The notes below the pieces were generated by a model. The model was given only the letters and a program-made list of their open reading frames with translations. It was not told where the DNA came from and did not search any database. Positions 41,142 through 50,892 of a stretch of 64,000 nucleotides of DNA are shown piece by piece (within the stretch, counting starts at the first letter, position 1; each line of letters starts with the position of its first letter). Where the stretch lies: positions 224,001 through 288,000 of the forward strand of contig CAXXVO010000017.1 of NCBI GenBank assembly GCA_963422645.2. Direction: 5' to 3'. Position numbers and translations under genes: made by a program. This DNA is from Alphaproteobacteria bacterium. GTDB taxonomy: Bacteria > Pseudomonadota > Alphaproteobacteria > UBA828.

Positions 41142-43057
41142 GCGCAGTCACGGCCAAGGACGCGGGGGCGCCGCTCGGCCCGATCGAGCTTGAGGTCATT
41201 ACCGGCACGATCCGCACCGCCGAGCTGGAGATCGAGGCGGCGGTCGAGCGGACGGCGCGCTCGCCGATGATCAGGGACCAGCACGACTATCGCGTGGCGC
41301 TCTTCGACGCGCGCGGGCGCAAGCTGACGGGGCGCTCCTACGCCGCGCTGGTCGAGCCGGTGTTCGAGTACTTCGATGAGGGCGACATCCACCCAGGAGA
41401 CATCTTCTTCTGGAACGACCCCTACAACAGCGCGGGCGGCATCGGGCACATCCCCGATCTGTGCACGACCATTCCTATCTTCTACGGCGACCGGCTGATC
41501 GGCTTCAGCCAGGTTTTCGGCCACCACGACGATGTCGGCGGCTCGGTGCCGGGCAGCCTGCCCGCCAATGCCACCGACATGTGGACCGAGGGACTGGTGG
41601 TTCCCCCCATCAAGATCTACGAGCGGGGGAGGATCAACGAGGCCGTCTTCAAGATCATCTCGCGCAATTCGCGGCTTTCGGAGCATCTGCGCGGCGATCT
41701 CGATGCCGAAATCGGCGCCGCCAGGCTCGGCAGCCAGCGCATCGTTACGTTGGCCGAGCGCTACGGCGTGGATGCCCTTGAAGCCGCCTACGACGCGATC
41801 ATCGAGAATTGCGCCGAGACCATTCGCCGCGAGCTACTCCCCAAGATTCGCGACGGGGTCTACGCCTGGGAGGACTACATCGAGGACGACGGCGTCGAAG
41901 GGCCGCAGATGCATGCGCTGCGCCTGACGATGACCAAGACCGTCGACAAGATCGTGCTCGACTTCACGGGCACATCGAAGGAGGCGAAGGGGCCGATCAA
42001 CTGGCCCATCGACTACGCGGATGGAAAATTCGCGCGCAAGTGGATGGGTCCGGTGCTCCGCTCGCTCGCGGCGACGCCTGAGCGGGCGGCCGAGATCGAC
42101 ATGAACGAGGGCGTTCTCGACGTCATCGAGCTGAAGTTTCCGCCCAAGGGAACGCTGGTGACGCCGAGCTTCGGCAAGGCCACGGGCCTGCGCTTCTTCC
42201 CCCTGCTGCGCTCGCTCGGGATCTTCGCGGCGCTGCTGGCCAAGGCGACCGACGGGCGCATGCCGGCCGATCACGAGACGATCCGGATCTGGGGTCTGCA
42301 CGGCGGGCGTATCGGCCACGACTTCTTCCTGTTTCGCGAGGTGCTGGGCGGTGGTGGGCCGGGGCGCCCGTGGGCGGACGGCAGCGACGTCGTTCACGTG
42401 GTGCCGAACTCGCGCAACCTGCCCGCAGAGTTCTCGGAGACCCGGTACCCCGTCATCATCGAACGCTTAGGCCTGGCGACGGACTCAGGCGGTGCTGGCT
42501 GCCGTCGCGGCGGGTTTGGCTATGACAAGCAGGTGAGGGCGCTCGAAGACTGCGAGGCGCTCTCCAACGCCGACCGCGCAATGATCAACACCTACGGCGT
42601 CAACGGCGGCAAGTACGGCGGCACCTACGGCCTGGAAATCGACAATCCAGACGGCACACAGCGCAAGATCGCCGGCATGGACGACCGGGTTCAGGTCGCT
42701 GCCGGCTCGACGATCAGAATCCGGACGACAGGGGGTGGTGGCTGGGGCGACCCGCTGGCGCGAGAGCCGGAGATGGTTTGCTACGACGTTCAGTGCGGCC
42801 TCGTTTCGGAGCAGGCGGCGCGCGAGGACTACGGCGTCGTGCTCGGGCGCGAGGGCCGGCGCTATAGAGTCGACCAGGATGCGACGGATCGCCTGCGCGG
42901 GCGCATGAGGGCCGCGCGCGGGCCGCTCCCCATGTTCAGCCGCGGGCCCTATTTCGAGCAGATGAAGCGCGACCAGGCGATCGCGCGGCCAGAGGGCTTC
43001 GACGACCCGGACGACGGCTGGCTCGCCGACGGCATGGTTCCGGAGGCGGCGGAGTGA
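41138..43057 (+). CDS. Hydantoinase B / 5-oxoprolinase-family subunit
   Basis: NDPY..GHIPD, HHDDVGG..PGS, DSGGAG..RGG and GGGGWGDP motifs. Confidence 0.94.
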   Translation: MSAVTAKDAGAPLGPIELEVITGTIRTAELEIEAAVERTARSPMIRDQHDYRVALFDARGRKLTGRSYAALVEPVFEYFDEGDIHPGDIFFWNDPYNSAGGIGHIPDLCTTIPIFYGDRLIGFSQVFGHHDDVGGSVPGSLPANATDMWTEGLVVPPIKIYERGRINEAVFKIISRNSRLSEHLRGDLDAEIGAARLGSQRIVTLAERYGVDALEAAYDAIIENCAETIRRELLPKIRDGVYAWEDYIEDDGVEGPQMHALRLTMTKTVDKIVLDFTGTSKEAKGPINWPIDYADGKFARKWMGPVLRSLAATPERAAEIDMNEGVLDVIELKFPPKGTLVTPSFGKATGLRFFPLLRSLGIFAALLAKATDGRMPADHETIRIWGLHGGRIGHDFFLFREVLGGGGPGRPWADGSDVVHVVPNSRNLPAEFSETRYPVIIERLGLATDSGGAGCRRGGFGYDKQVRALEDCEALSNADRAMINTYGVNGGKYGGTYGLEIDNPDGTQRKIAGMDDRVQVAAGSTIRIRTTGGGGWGDPLAREPEMVCYDVQCGLVSEQAAREDYGVVLGREGRRYRVDQDATDRLRGRMRAARGPLPMFSRGPYFEQMKRDQAIARPEGFDDPDDGWLADGMVPEAAE

Positions 43058-43923
43058 AGCCAGCGCTCTTCGACTATGTGGCGCCACAAAGCATCGAAGA
43101 AGCGCTCGAAGCCCTAGCGAGCGACGAGATGGCGAGGCCGCTGGCGGGCGGCCAAAGCCTGATCCCCACAATGAACTTCCGTATCGCGGCGCCCTCCAGG
43201 CTGGTGGATCTTGCCCGGATCGACGCGCTCAAGGGACACGCGATCGAGGGCGATGTCATCCGCGTGGGCGCGATGACCCGCCAACGGGATCTCGAACGCG
43301 ACGGAGAGGTTCGGCGGGCGAACCCCCTGATCGCCGAAGTCCTGGGCAACGTCGCGCACATCGTCATCCGCAATCGCGGCACGGTGGGCGGCAGCATCGC
43401 CCATGCCGACGCCGCGGCCGAGCTCCCCTGCATGCTGGTGGCGACGGGCGGCTCGGTCGTCGCGCGCAGCGTCGCGGGCGAGCGGACGATTGCTGCCGAT
43501 GACCTTTTCCACTTTCACATGACGACGGCGCTTCAGCCGGGTGAGCTGCTGACCGAGGTGCGCATACCGACCCTTCCCCCCCGTACGGGTTATGCGTTCC
43601 AGGAGGTCGCGCGCCGCCACGGCGACTATGCCCTCGCCGGTGTCTGCGCGCTGGTGACGCTGAGGGACGGCGTCTGCACCGCCGTGCGCCTCGCAGCCTG
43701 CGGCGTGGCTTCGAAAGCGACGCGCCTCGCCGAGGCCGAGAATGCCTTGCGGGACGCCGCACCGGAGGGAAGCGCGCTCGCGGGCGCGGCCGAAGCGGCG
43801 CGCACGTATTCGACGTCGGGCGACGATAGACAGGCCAGCGCGGAATACCGCAAGGACCTCGTTGCGGCGCTGGTCCGGCGCACCGTCGCCAAAGCCGCCG
43901 ACCGGGCAGGGGAGCGGGCGTGA
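43054..43923 (+). CDS. Molybdenum hydroxylase FAD subunit (CoxM/CutM-like)
   Basis: MKPALFDY, LAGGQSL, IRNRGTVGGS and RRHGDYA motifs. Confidence 0.93.
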   Translation: MKPALFDYVAPQSIEEALEALASDEMARPLAGGQSLIPTMNFRIAAPSRLVDLARIDALKGHAIEGDVIRVGAMTRQRDLERDGEVRRANPLIAEVLGNVAHIVIRNRGTVGGSIAHADAAAELPCMLVATGGSVVARSVAGERTIAADDLFHFHMTTALQPGELLTEVRIPTLPPRTGYAFQEVARRHGDYALAGVCALVTLRDGVCTAVRLAACGVASKATRLAEAENALRDAAPEGSALAGAAEAARTYSTSGDDRQASAEYRKDLVAALVRRTVAKAADRAGERA

Positions 43924-44456
43924 TGGCGAGGTCGACTGCGCGCAAGAAGCCGCTCGGGCGATCTCCCGACCCGCAGGTACCGGTATCCATGACCGTCAAC
44001 GGCGAGCGGGTCGAGCGCGAGGTCAGCCCCCGCATGCTGCTGAGCGACTTCATTCGACACGAGCTGGGCCTGACGGGAACCCATGTCGGCTGCGAACATG
44101 GCGTCTGCGGGTGCTGCACGGTGATCATCGACGGCAGGGCCGGGCGGTCCTGCCTCGCCTTTGCGGTACAGGCGGACGGGGCAGACATACGTACGATCGA
44201 GAGCGTTGCTTCCGCCGACGGCACGCTGCATCCGGTCCAGCAGGCCTTTCGCGAATGCCACGGGCTGCAATGCGGCTATTGCACGCCCGGTTTCGTCATG
44301 TCGATCATGGACTACCTGGAAGACAACCCGGACCCGGACCTTTCGGAGGACGCCATTCGCGAGGTCCTGTCGGGCAATCTGTGCCGCTGCACCGGCTACA
44401 AGAACATCATGGCCGCCTTCCGCCGCAGCGCGGAACTGATGCGCGAAGCGCGCTAG
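43923..44456 (+). CDS. Molybdenum hydroxylase 2Fe-2S subunit (CoxS/CutS-like)
   Basis: GCEHGVCGCCT, QCGYCTPG and NLCRCTGY motifs. Confidence 0.95.
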   Translation: MARSTARKKPLGRSPDPQVPVSMTVNGERVEREVSPRMLLSDFIRHELGLTGTHVGCEHGVCGCCTVIIDGRAGRSCLAFAVQADGADIRTIESVASADGTLHPVQQAFRECHGLQCGYCTPGFVMSIMDYLEDNPDPDLSEDAIREVLSGNLCRCTGYKNIMAAFRRSAELMREAR

Positions 44457-44475
44457 AGAAACGGGGGTCAGAACC

Positions 44476-46875
44476 GTGTCGACGCGCCAGTTCGGCGAAC
44501 CGATCGAGCGCAATGCCGACCCTGCCCTGCTGCGCGGCGAGGGCAGCTTCATCGACGACATCGATCTTCCCGGCGCGCTCCATGTGGCGTTCGCGCGCAG
44601 CACTGTCGCAAGGGCAAGGATCCTCTCGGTCGACACGTCTGCCGCCGAAGCCCTCGACGGCGTGGTCAAGGTCTACACCTGCGACACCATTGGCGCCCTC
44701 GATGCCGACTTGCCCCTGCTGATCCCGAACCCCGACCTCACCCACCCCAGGACGCAGCGTCCGCTTGCCCGCGACGACGTGTTCTACGTTGGGCAATGCA
44801 TCGCCATGGTGGTGGCGGTCGACCGTTACGTCGCCGAGGACGCGGTGCGCCTGATCGATGTCGACTACGACCCCCTGCCGGTCGAGATGGACCTGGAAAA
44901 GGCGGTGGAGGACGACGCGCCGCCGGTTCACTCCGACGTGCCCAATAACACCGCCGGCAAATTCCGGGTTGAGACTGGAGACACGGACGCGGCGTTTGCG
45001 AAGGCCGAGCACATCACGCGAATCAAGATTCGCCTCGAGCGCAGCACGGCCGCGCCGATGGAATGCCGCGCGATCGCGGCGCGCTGGGAGGCTGTGACCG
45101 GCGAGCTCACGGTCTGGGACAGCACGCAGTCGACGTTGTCCGTGCGTGGCGCCCTGGCCACCGTGCTCCAGATCGATGAGGACAAGGTGCGCGTGATCGC
45201 GCCCAACGTGGGCGGCGGCTTCGGCCAGAAGATCATGATGTTCTACCCTGACGAGCTGCTGGTTCCGCTGGCAGCGATGGAGCTCGGGCGCCCGGTCAAG
45301 TACATCGAGGACAGGGTCGAGAACTTCATCGGCGCGTCCCAGGAACGGACGCAGATCCACACCCTCGAGCTCGCGGCCATGAATGATGGCCGGGTGATCG
45401 GCCTGAAGGACGACTTCCTGCACGATACCGGGGCGTTCATTCCCTACGGCATCGCCGTCGCCCAGGTGAGCTCGACCTCGATCGCGGGCCCCTACCGCAT
45501 CCCGAGTTTTCGGGTCACCTTCCGCCCCGTCTACATGCCGACCGTGCAGGTGACCCCCTATCGCGGGTGCGGCAGGCCCCATGCCTGCTACGCTATCGAG
45601 CGTGCCATGGACCAGCTCGCCGGCGAGCTTGGCCTCGACCGCTTCGAGGTGCGGCGGCGGAACTTCATCGGAAAGGACGAGTTTCCCTACCCGCGCGAGG
45701 GCGTGATCTTCGCCGACGGTCTGCAGGTCATCCACGACAGCGGCGCCTACGAGGAGGCACTCGAGAGGCTGAGCGAGGCGATCGATATCGAGGGCTTCCG
45801 CGCCGAGCAGGCGGCCGCCCGCGAGGAGGGACGATATCTCGGTCTCGGCTTCGGGTTCTATGTCGAGGGAACGGGGCTCGGCCCCTACGAGGGCGGGCAC
45901 ATCAAGATTCACCCGATCACCGGCAAGGTCTTTGTCAGCACGGGTTTGACTGATCAGGGTCAGGGCCACGAGACGGTGTTCGCTCAAATCGCCGCCGAGC
46001 AGACAGGCGCACGTGTCGAAGACGTGATCGTCGTCGAGGGGGACACCGGCGCCTTCGGATGGGGAGTGGCGACCTTCGCGAGCCGCGCCGCGGTGTGCAG
46101 CGGCAATGCGATCCACATGGCTGCTGTGAAGGCGCGCGCGCAGATCGTCGAGGCCGCAGCCAACATGATGGAGTGCAGCCAGGCGGATATCGAGCTGCAC
46201 GATGGTGCGGCGTGGGTGAAGGGGACCGACCGCCGGGCGACGCTGGCGGAAATCGCGACCGCGACCAACCCGCTGCGCTACGCCTTCAACAAGCCATCGG
46301 CCAGCGCCACGCAATTCGCGCCAGCGAGCCGGCACGACGGGCCGCAGCTTGCCGAGGGCAGAACGCCGGGCATCGAAACCACCGACTACTACAGCCCGCC
46401 GCATGCGACCTGGGCCTTCGGTGCCCATGCAGCCGTGATCGAGGTCGATCCCGAACTCTGCACGATCGACGTGAAGCGCTACGTCTGCATTCACGATTGC
46501 GGGCGGATGATCAACCCGATGATCGTGGACGGCCAGGTCATGGGCGGGATCGCGCAAGGCGTGGGCGGCGCGTTCTATGAGCGCTGCGAATTCGACGAAG
46601 AGGGAACCCCGCTCAACGCCAATTTCATGGATTTCCTGATTCCATACGCGACCGAGGTGCCCAACGCGGAGATCATTCACTCGGAGACGCCGTCTCCGCT
46701 CAACCCGCTCGGCGTCAAGGGTGTGGGCGAAGCCGGTACCATCCCGGTCGCGCAGGTTTACGCGTCAGCGGTGGAGGATGCCCTGCAGCCCTTCGGGATC
46801 GCGCCGATCCGCGAGGCGCCGCTGACGCCCGACGCGATCCACCGGATGCTGAAGCAGGCGCGCGACGCCGCCTAA
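44476..46875 (+). CDS. Molybdenum hydroxylase large subunit (xanthine dehydrogenase/CoxL family, not form I CO dehydrogenase)
   Basis: GGGFGQK, active-site loop PYRGCGR, QGQGHET and KGVGEAG. Confidence 0.92.
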   Translation: MSTRQFGEPIERNADPALLRGEGSFIDDIDLPGALHVAFARSTVARARILSVDTSAAEALDGVVKVYTCDTIGALDADLPLLIPNPDLTHPRTQRPLARDDVFYVGQCIAMVVAVDRYVAEDAVRLIDVDYDPLPVEMDLEKAVEDDAPPVHSDVPNNTAGKFRVETGDTDAAFAKAEHITRIKIRLERSTAAPMECRAIAARWEAVTGELTVWDSTQSTLSVRGALATVLQIDEDKVRVIAPNVGGGFGQKIMMFYPDELLVPLAAMELGRPVKYIEDRVENFIGASQERTQIHTLELAAMNDGRVIGLKDDFLHDTGAFIPYGIAVAQVSSTSIAGPYRIPSFRVTFRPVYMPTVQVTPYRGCGRPHACYAIERAMDQLAGELGLDRFEVRRRNFIGKDEFPYPREGVIFADGLQVIHDSGAYEEALERLSEAIDIEGFRAEQAAAREEGRYLGLGFGFYVEGTGLGPYEGGHIKIHPITGKVFVSTGLTDQGQGHETVFAQIAAEQTGARVEDVIVVEGDTGAFGWGVATFASRAAVCSGNAIHMAAVKARAQIVEAAANMMECSQADIELHDGAAWVKGTDRRATLAEIATATNPLRYAFNKPSASATQFAPASRHDGPQLAEGRTPGIETTDYYSPPHATWAFGAHAAVIEVDPELCTIDVKRYVCIHDCGRMINPMIVDGQVMGGIAQGVGGAFYERCEFDEEGTPLNANFMDFLIPYATEVPNAEIIHSETPSPLNPLGVKGVGEAGTIPVAQVYASAVEDALQPFGIAPIREAPLTPDAIHRMLKQARDAA

Positions 46876-47450
46876 CTACGGCGCCCAATCAGCAGCCCGA
46901 ACAACCGCTTGATCCACGCTGCGATGACGACACGCGTGAGTTGCGTGCCCTCGATAGCCTGGGGTGGCTCCTGAACATCGGCCTCGGCCTCGTGCCCGCG
47001 TTGGGCGAGCTTGTCGCGGAGGTTCTCCGCAAACTGTGCGGTGAGGTGGTTGGCGACATCCTGGATGATTCCGCCGCGGCCCATCTGCGCGAGCGCGCCG
47101 GTCAGGCGGATGGTGCCGTGGAGCCTGACCTGGGAGCCACCATCTCGCTCGTGGATTTCGTAGGCGATGCTCGCCTTTGCACGGTTGTTGCCTCGCCGGT
47201 CGATTCCAGAGGCTTCGATCCTCGCGCTGCGGGCCTCGTGGTCGGTCTCGACGATGGCGGCCGCGCCCTCGAAGGCGGCCGTCACTGGCCCGAGCTTCAC
47301 CGTCACCTTGCCCGTGTAGGTCGACTCACCCGTCTGGGCGAGAAGTTCCGCGCCGGGCATGCAGGTCACAACCTCGGGCACGTCCTGGAAGAAGGTCCAG
47401 ACGCGGCTGGGTGGCTGGTCGATGTCGAACGACGTCTCGATATTTGGCAC
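46872..47450 (-). CDS. CoxG/SRPBCC family accessory protein
   Basis: VVTCMPGA, VKLGPV and GALAQMGRG patterns; convergent with the large subunit. Confidence 0.88.
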   Translation of the reverse strand: MPNIETSFDIDQPPSRVWTFFQDVPEVVTCMPGAELLAQTGESTYTGKVTVKLGPVTAAFEGAAAIVETDHEARSARIEASGIDRRGNNRAKASIAYEIHERDGGSQVRLHGTIRLTGALAQMGRGGIIQDVANHLTAQFAENLRDKLAQRGHEAEADVQEPPQAIEGTQLTRVVIAAWIKRLFGLLIGRRS

Positions 47451-47524
47451 GTCATGGCCTCGCGGTTAGGGCGTGCGTGGCGCTATCCTGGAATTCTCAC
47501 CGATGCCATGGCGAGAAACGCGGG

Positions 47525-48955
47525 CTAATCGAAGCGCGCGGGCGCGGGGCTCACCACGCGGGTCTCGCCGCCCTCGGCGACTTCGAAGACGGCAAGGCCC
47601 CGTTCCGCGATCCCCTCGTCGTCGAAGCGAAACAGCCCGTCCGCGCCGAGAAAACCGCCCCGGTTGCCGATGGCCTGCGGACCGAACGAGTTGCCCGCAC
47701 GCGCGAGTGCCGCCGCGAGCGCGGTCGCGTCATAGGCGAGGGTGGCGATCGCGCCCGGCGGCTCTCCAAAGATCCGGTGGTAGCGTGTCTCGAAGGTCCG
47801 TCGCGCGGCAGGGTCGGGCCCCGCGAACCAGCCGCCCGCGAGCGCCGGCTCGCCGAGCGTCGCTGGTTCTTCCCAGAGGCCGGTTCCGAGGATGCGAATC
47901 TTGGCGGGGTCGATGTCGTAGTAGGGCAGCAGCGGCGCGACCTGCCGCAGCCGGGCGCCGCCATCGGCCAGCAGCACCGCATCGAAGGGCAACTCGCCCA
48001 GCGTGTCGAGCGTCTGGAGCCGTTTCATGCGGCGTCGGGCAGCGGCATCGTTCTGGCGGGCCAGCGTCCTTCGCTCGTCCTTCAGGGCCTGGGCGCGCCG
48101 GTCGAATTCGGCGAGCTCGCGTACCACGTCCGCAGCATCGGACCCGTCGGGGGCGTAGGTGCGAACCCGTGTGAGCGAGAGGCCCGTGAGCGCCGCGGCT
48201 GCCCAGGCTTCGTCCGCCACCGCCGCGCCGTATCGCGTCTCGGGCGCCAGCAGGGCGATTCGTCGGTGCCCGTTGCTCGCCGCATGGGCGAAGACCCGCC
48301 TGATCTGTGTGCGCGGCGTGTGGCCCAGCAGATAGACGCCCTCGCTTGCCACCGTCCGGTCGGTCGAGAAGGCCACCACGGTGACGCCGTGAGCCCGGGC
48401 ATCAGTGGCGACGGCGTTCACTCCTTCGGCAAACAAGGGACCGAGGATTAGATCGACGCCGTCTTTGAGGAGCGCGAGCGCGGCACGCTCCGCGCCCGGC
48501 GCCGTACCTCCCGTGTCGCGTGGCAGTATAAGAAAGCGCTCGTCGGCCGTGTCGAACAGCGCGAGCTGCGCGGCGTGCAGCAAGGATTCTCCTGCCGCTG
48601 CGTAAGGGCCGGAAAGCGGCAGCAGGAGCCCCACCCTGGCGGCGGGTTGTGCCGTCCCGGGCGCCGCAGCCTCACTGTCCTCGTCCGTGGAAGGCTCGCC
48701 GGCGGCTGGCGCCGTGTCGTCCGTGGCGAGGGCAGAAAGTGTCCCATCCGCCGGCGTTTCCAGCGGAGACAAGCGCTCGGGCGCTACCGCTCCTGTTTCG
48801 GCCGCCGCGCCCGGCGACGTCTGGCCTTCGGGCGGCGGCGGCGGTACGCTCGGCGCGGCGCAGGCGCCCGCAAGGAGGATCAGCAGCAGAGCGGCGCCAG
48901 CCGATCCGATCCGCCGGCGCCGGCCGGCTGCGGAGAAGGTGCGAGGTCGATCCAT
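47525..48955 (-). CDS. Penicillin-binding protein activator (LpoA/LppC-like lipoprotein)
   Basis: Lipobox LAGAC, VGLLLPLSG, LILGPLF and GADGLFRF..G..ERGL; divergent from rsmI. Confidence 0.85.
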   Translation of the reverse strand: MDRPRTFSAAGRRRRIGSAGAALLLILLAGACAAPSVPPPPPEGQTSPGAAAETGAVAPERLSPLETPADGTLSALATDDTAPAAGEPSTDEDSEAAAPGTAQPAARVGLLLPLSGPYAAAGESLLHAAQLALFDTADERFLILPRDTGGTAPGAERAALALLKDGVDLILGPLFAEGVNAVATDARAHGVTVVAFSTDRTVASEGVYLLGHTPRTQIRRVFAHAASNGHRRIALLAPETRYGAAVADEAWAAAALTGLSLTRVRTYAPDGSDAADVVRELAEFDRRAQALKDERRTLARQNDAAARRRMKRLQTLDTLGELPFDAVLLADGGARLRQVAPLLPYYDIDPAKIRILGTGLWEEPATLGEPALAGGWFAGPDPAARRTFETRYHRIFGEPPGAIATLAYDATALAAALARAGNSFGPQAIGNRGGFLGADGLFRFDDEGIAERGLAVFEVAEGGETRVVSPAPARFD

Positions 48956-49889
48956 GTCCGAGGAAGCTCCCGCGACGCCCGCAGGCGCGGGGCAGACTAG
49001 GCGCGACGACCCGGTGAGTAAACCGCAGCCGAGCGCGGAGCCGGGCCTTTGGCTGGTGGCGACGCCGATCGGCAATCTGGGGGATATTTCGAAGCGGGCC
49101 CTGGCCGTGCTGGCATCCGTCGATCGCGTCGCTTGCGAGGACACCCGCCGGACTGGACGACTCCTCTCCCGCCACGGCATCGAGGCTCGCCTCATTTCCT
49201 ATCACGAGCACAACGCGGCGCGGGTCCGCCCGACGCTGATCCGTGCGCTCCGGGGCGGTGGCTCAGTGGCCCTGGTCTCGGACGCCGGCACGCCGCTGAT
49301 CTCCGACCCCGGCTACAAGCTGGTCCGTGCCACTCTCGATGCCGGCGTGCGCGTGACCGGCTGCCCCGGCCCGAGCGCGCCGTTGCTGGCGCTCATCCTC
49401 TCCGGCCTGCCTACCGATCGGTTTTATTTCGGCGGCTTCCTGCCTCACAGGGAGGGGCCGCGCCGGCAGGCGCTCGCCGGGCTCCGGCCTCTCGACGCCA
49501 CACTCGTCTTCTTCGAATCGCCCCGCCGGCTGGCTGCGGCGCTGGCAGACATGGATTCGACGTTCGGCCCGCGTCCGGCGACTGTGGCGCGCGAGCTGAC
49601 CAAGCTGCACGAGGAAGTGCGGCGCGGAACACTCGACGCGCTCGCAGGTCATTACGCAGTTGCCGGCGCGCCCAAGGGCGAGGTCGTGATCGTCGTGGGC
49701 GGCTGGGGCGACTCGGTGCAGCCGACGCTCTCGGACGCGGATATCGACGAGCGCCTGGATGGCCTCCTCGCCGACGGTAGCGTCCGCGACGCGGCGACGA
49801 CGCTCAGCGCCGAGACCGGGTTGCCACGCCGCGAGCTCTATGCCCGTGCGCTGGCGCGGGCACGGGAGGGATGCGCGGTCGATTCATAG
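48954..49889 (+). CDS. rsmI: 16S rRNA C1402 2'-O-methyltransferase
   Basis: LVATPIGNLGD, CEDTR, SDAGTPLISDPG and RELTKLHEE motifs; start uncertain (48954 or GTG 49013). Confidence 0.95.
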   Translation: MSEEAPATPAGAGQTRRDDPVSKPQPSAEPGLWLVATPIGNLGDISKRALAVLASVDRVACEDTRRTGRLLSRHGIEARLISYHEHNAARVRPTLIRALRGGGSVALVSDAGTPLISDPGYKLVRATLDAGVRVTGCPGPSAPLLALILSGLPTDRFYFGGFLPHREGPRRQALAGLRPLDATLVFFESPRRLAAALADMDSTFGPRPATVARELTKLHEEVRRGTLDALAGHYAVAGAPKGEVVIVVGGWGDSVQPTLSDADIDERLDGLLADGSVRDAATTLSAETGLPRRELYARALARAREGCAVDS

Positions 49890-50263
49890 AGGCGCGACGG
49901 GCGGCCTATGAGCGTGGCCTTGCGGCGGAGCGGCTTTGCGCGCTGCGACTCCGGCTCATGGGCTGGCGTATCCTCGCGCGGCGCTACGCCACCCCTGTGG
50001 GCGAGCTCGACATTGTCGCGAAGCGCGGCGCGTTGATTGCATTCGTCGAAGTCAAGTATCGCAAGGAACATCAGGGCATTCTCGAGACAATCAGTGCGCA
50101 TCAGCGGCGCCGAATTGAGAATGCGGCGACCATTTTCTTGTCGCGCAATCCGAAATGGCGCAAGCTTTCATTCCGATTCGATTTGATGGTGGTGAGCCCT
50201 TGGCGATGGCCGAACCACCTGCCCGACGCGTGGCGCCCCAACCGCAGCGGGGCAGTTCTCTGA
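49871..50263 (+). CDS. yraN: YraN family protein
   Basis: GLAAE, GELDIVAKR, FVEVK and RFDL motifs; follows rsmI. Confidence 0.9.
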   Translation: MRGRFIEARRAAYERGLAAERLCALRLRLMGWRILARRYATPVGELDIVAKRGALIAFVEVKYRKEHQGILETISAHQRRRIENAATIFLSRNPKWRKLSFRFDLMVVSPWRWPNHLPDAWRPNRSGAVL

Positions 50264-50892
50264 CAGTATTAACCCGGCGCCCGAGCCGGAAGGCAGGGCT
50301 AGCCCTTGTACTTGTGCTCCTTTTGGCCGGCTCTCTCTCCCTCTCCGCCTGCGGCGAACTCCTGATTGGCGCGGCAGCGACGACGGGCGTCGCAATCGCC
50401 GAGGAACGCTCAGTTGGCGATGCGGTCGACGACCTGACCATTCGGGCCGAGCTCAACCACCTCTTCTTCCGAGACAATGTCGAGCTTTATCGGGATGTGT
50501 CGTTCAGCGTGGTCGAGGGTCGTGTTCTGCTCAAGGGCACCCTATCCACGCCTGAGAACCGCATCCATGCGCTTCGGATCGCCTGGCGCGCTGCCGGCGT
50601 TCGCGAGGTAATCAACGAGATTCAGGTAACCGACGACAGCGGGATCCTGGATTACGCGCGGGACACGTGGATTTCGGCGCTGCTCAAGGCAAAGCTCTTG
50701 GTGGATGGCGATGTCCTCTCCATCAACTACAGCGTGGAGACGGTCAACGGCACCGTCTTCCTCTTGGGTATCGCGCAGGACGAAACTGAGCTCGCGCGGG
50801 TTACCGAGCATGCCCGTGGCATCGAGGATGTGAAGCGCGTCGTGAGCCATGTGGTGATGAAGGACGACCGCCGCCGCCCGATAACACCTTGA
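50206..50892 (+). CDS. Dual-BON domain lipoprotein (DolP/YraP-like), paralog 1
   Basis: Lipobox LSAC, ERSVGDAVDD, EGRVLLKG and NGTVFLLG; start uncertain. Confidence 0.85.
   Translation: MAEPPARRVAPQPQRGSSLTVLTRRPSRKAGLALVLVLLLAGSLSLSACGELLIGAAATTGVAIAEERSVGDAVDDLTIRAELNHLFFRDNVELYRDVSFSVVEGRVLLKGTLSTPENRIHALRIAWRAAGVREVINEIQVTDDSGILDYARDTWISALLKAKLLVDGDVLSINYSVETVNGTVFLLGIAQDETELARVTEHARGIEDVKRVVSHVVMKDDRRRPITP

Noticed and set aside
43054-47450. Aerobic CO dehydrogenase (coxMSL/G)
   Set aside because: The large subunit has PYRGCGR rather than AYxCSFR, no coxDEF is adjacent, and the context is hydantoinase genes.
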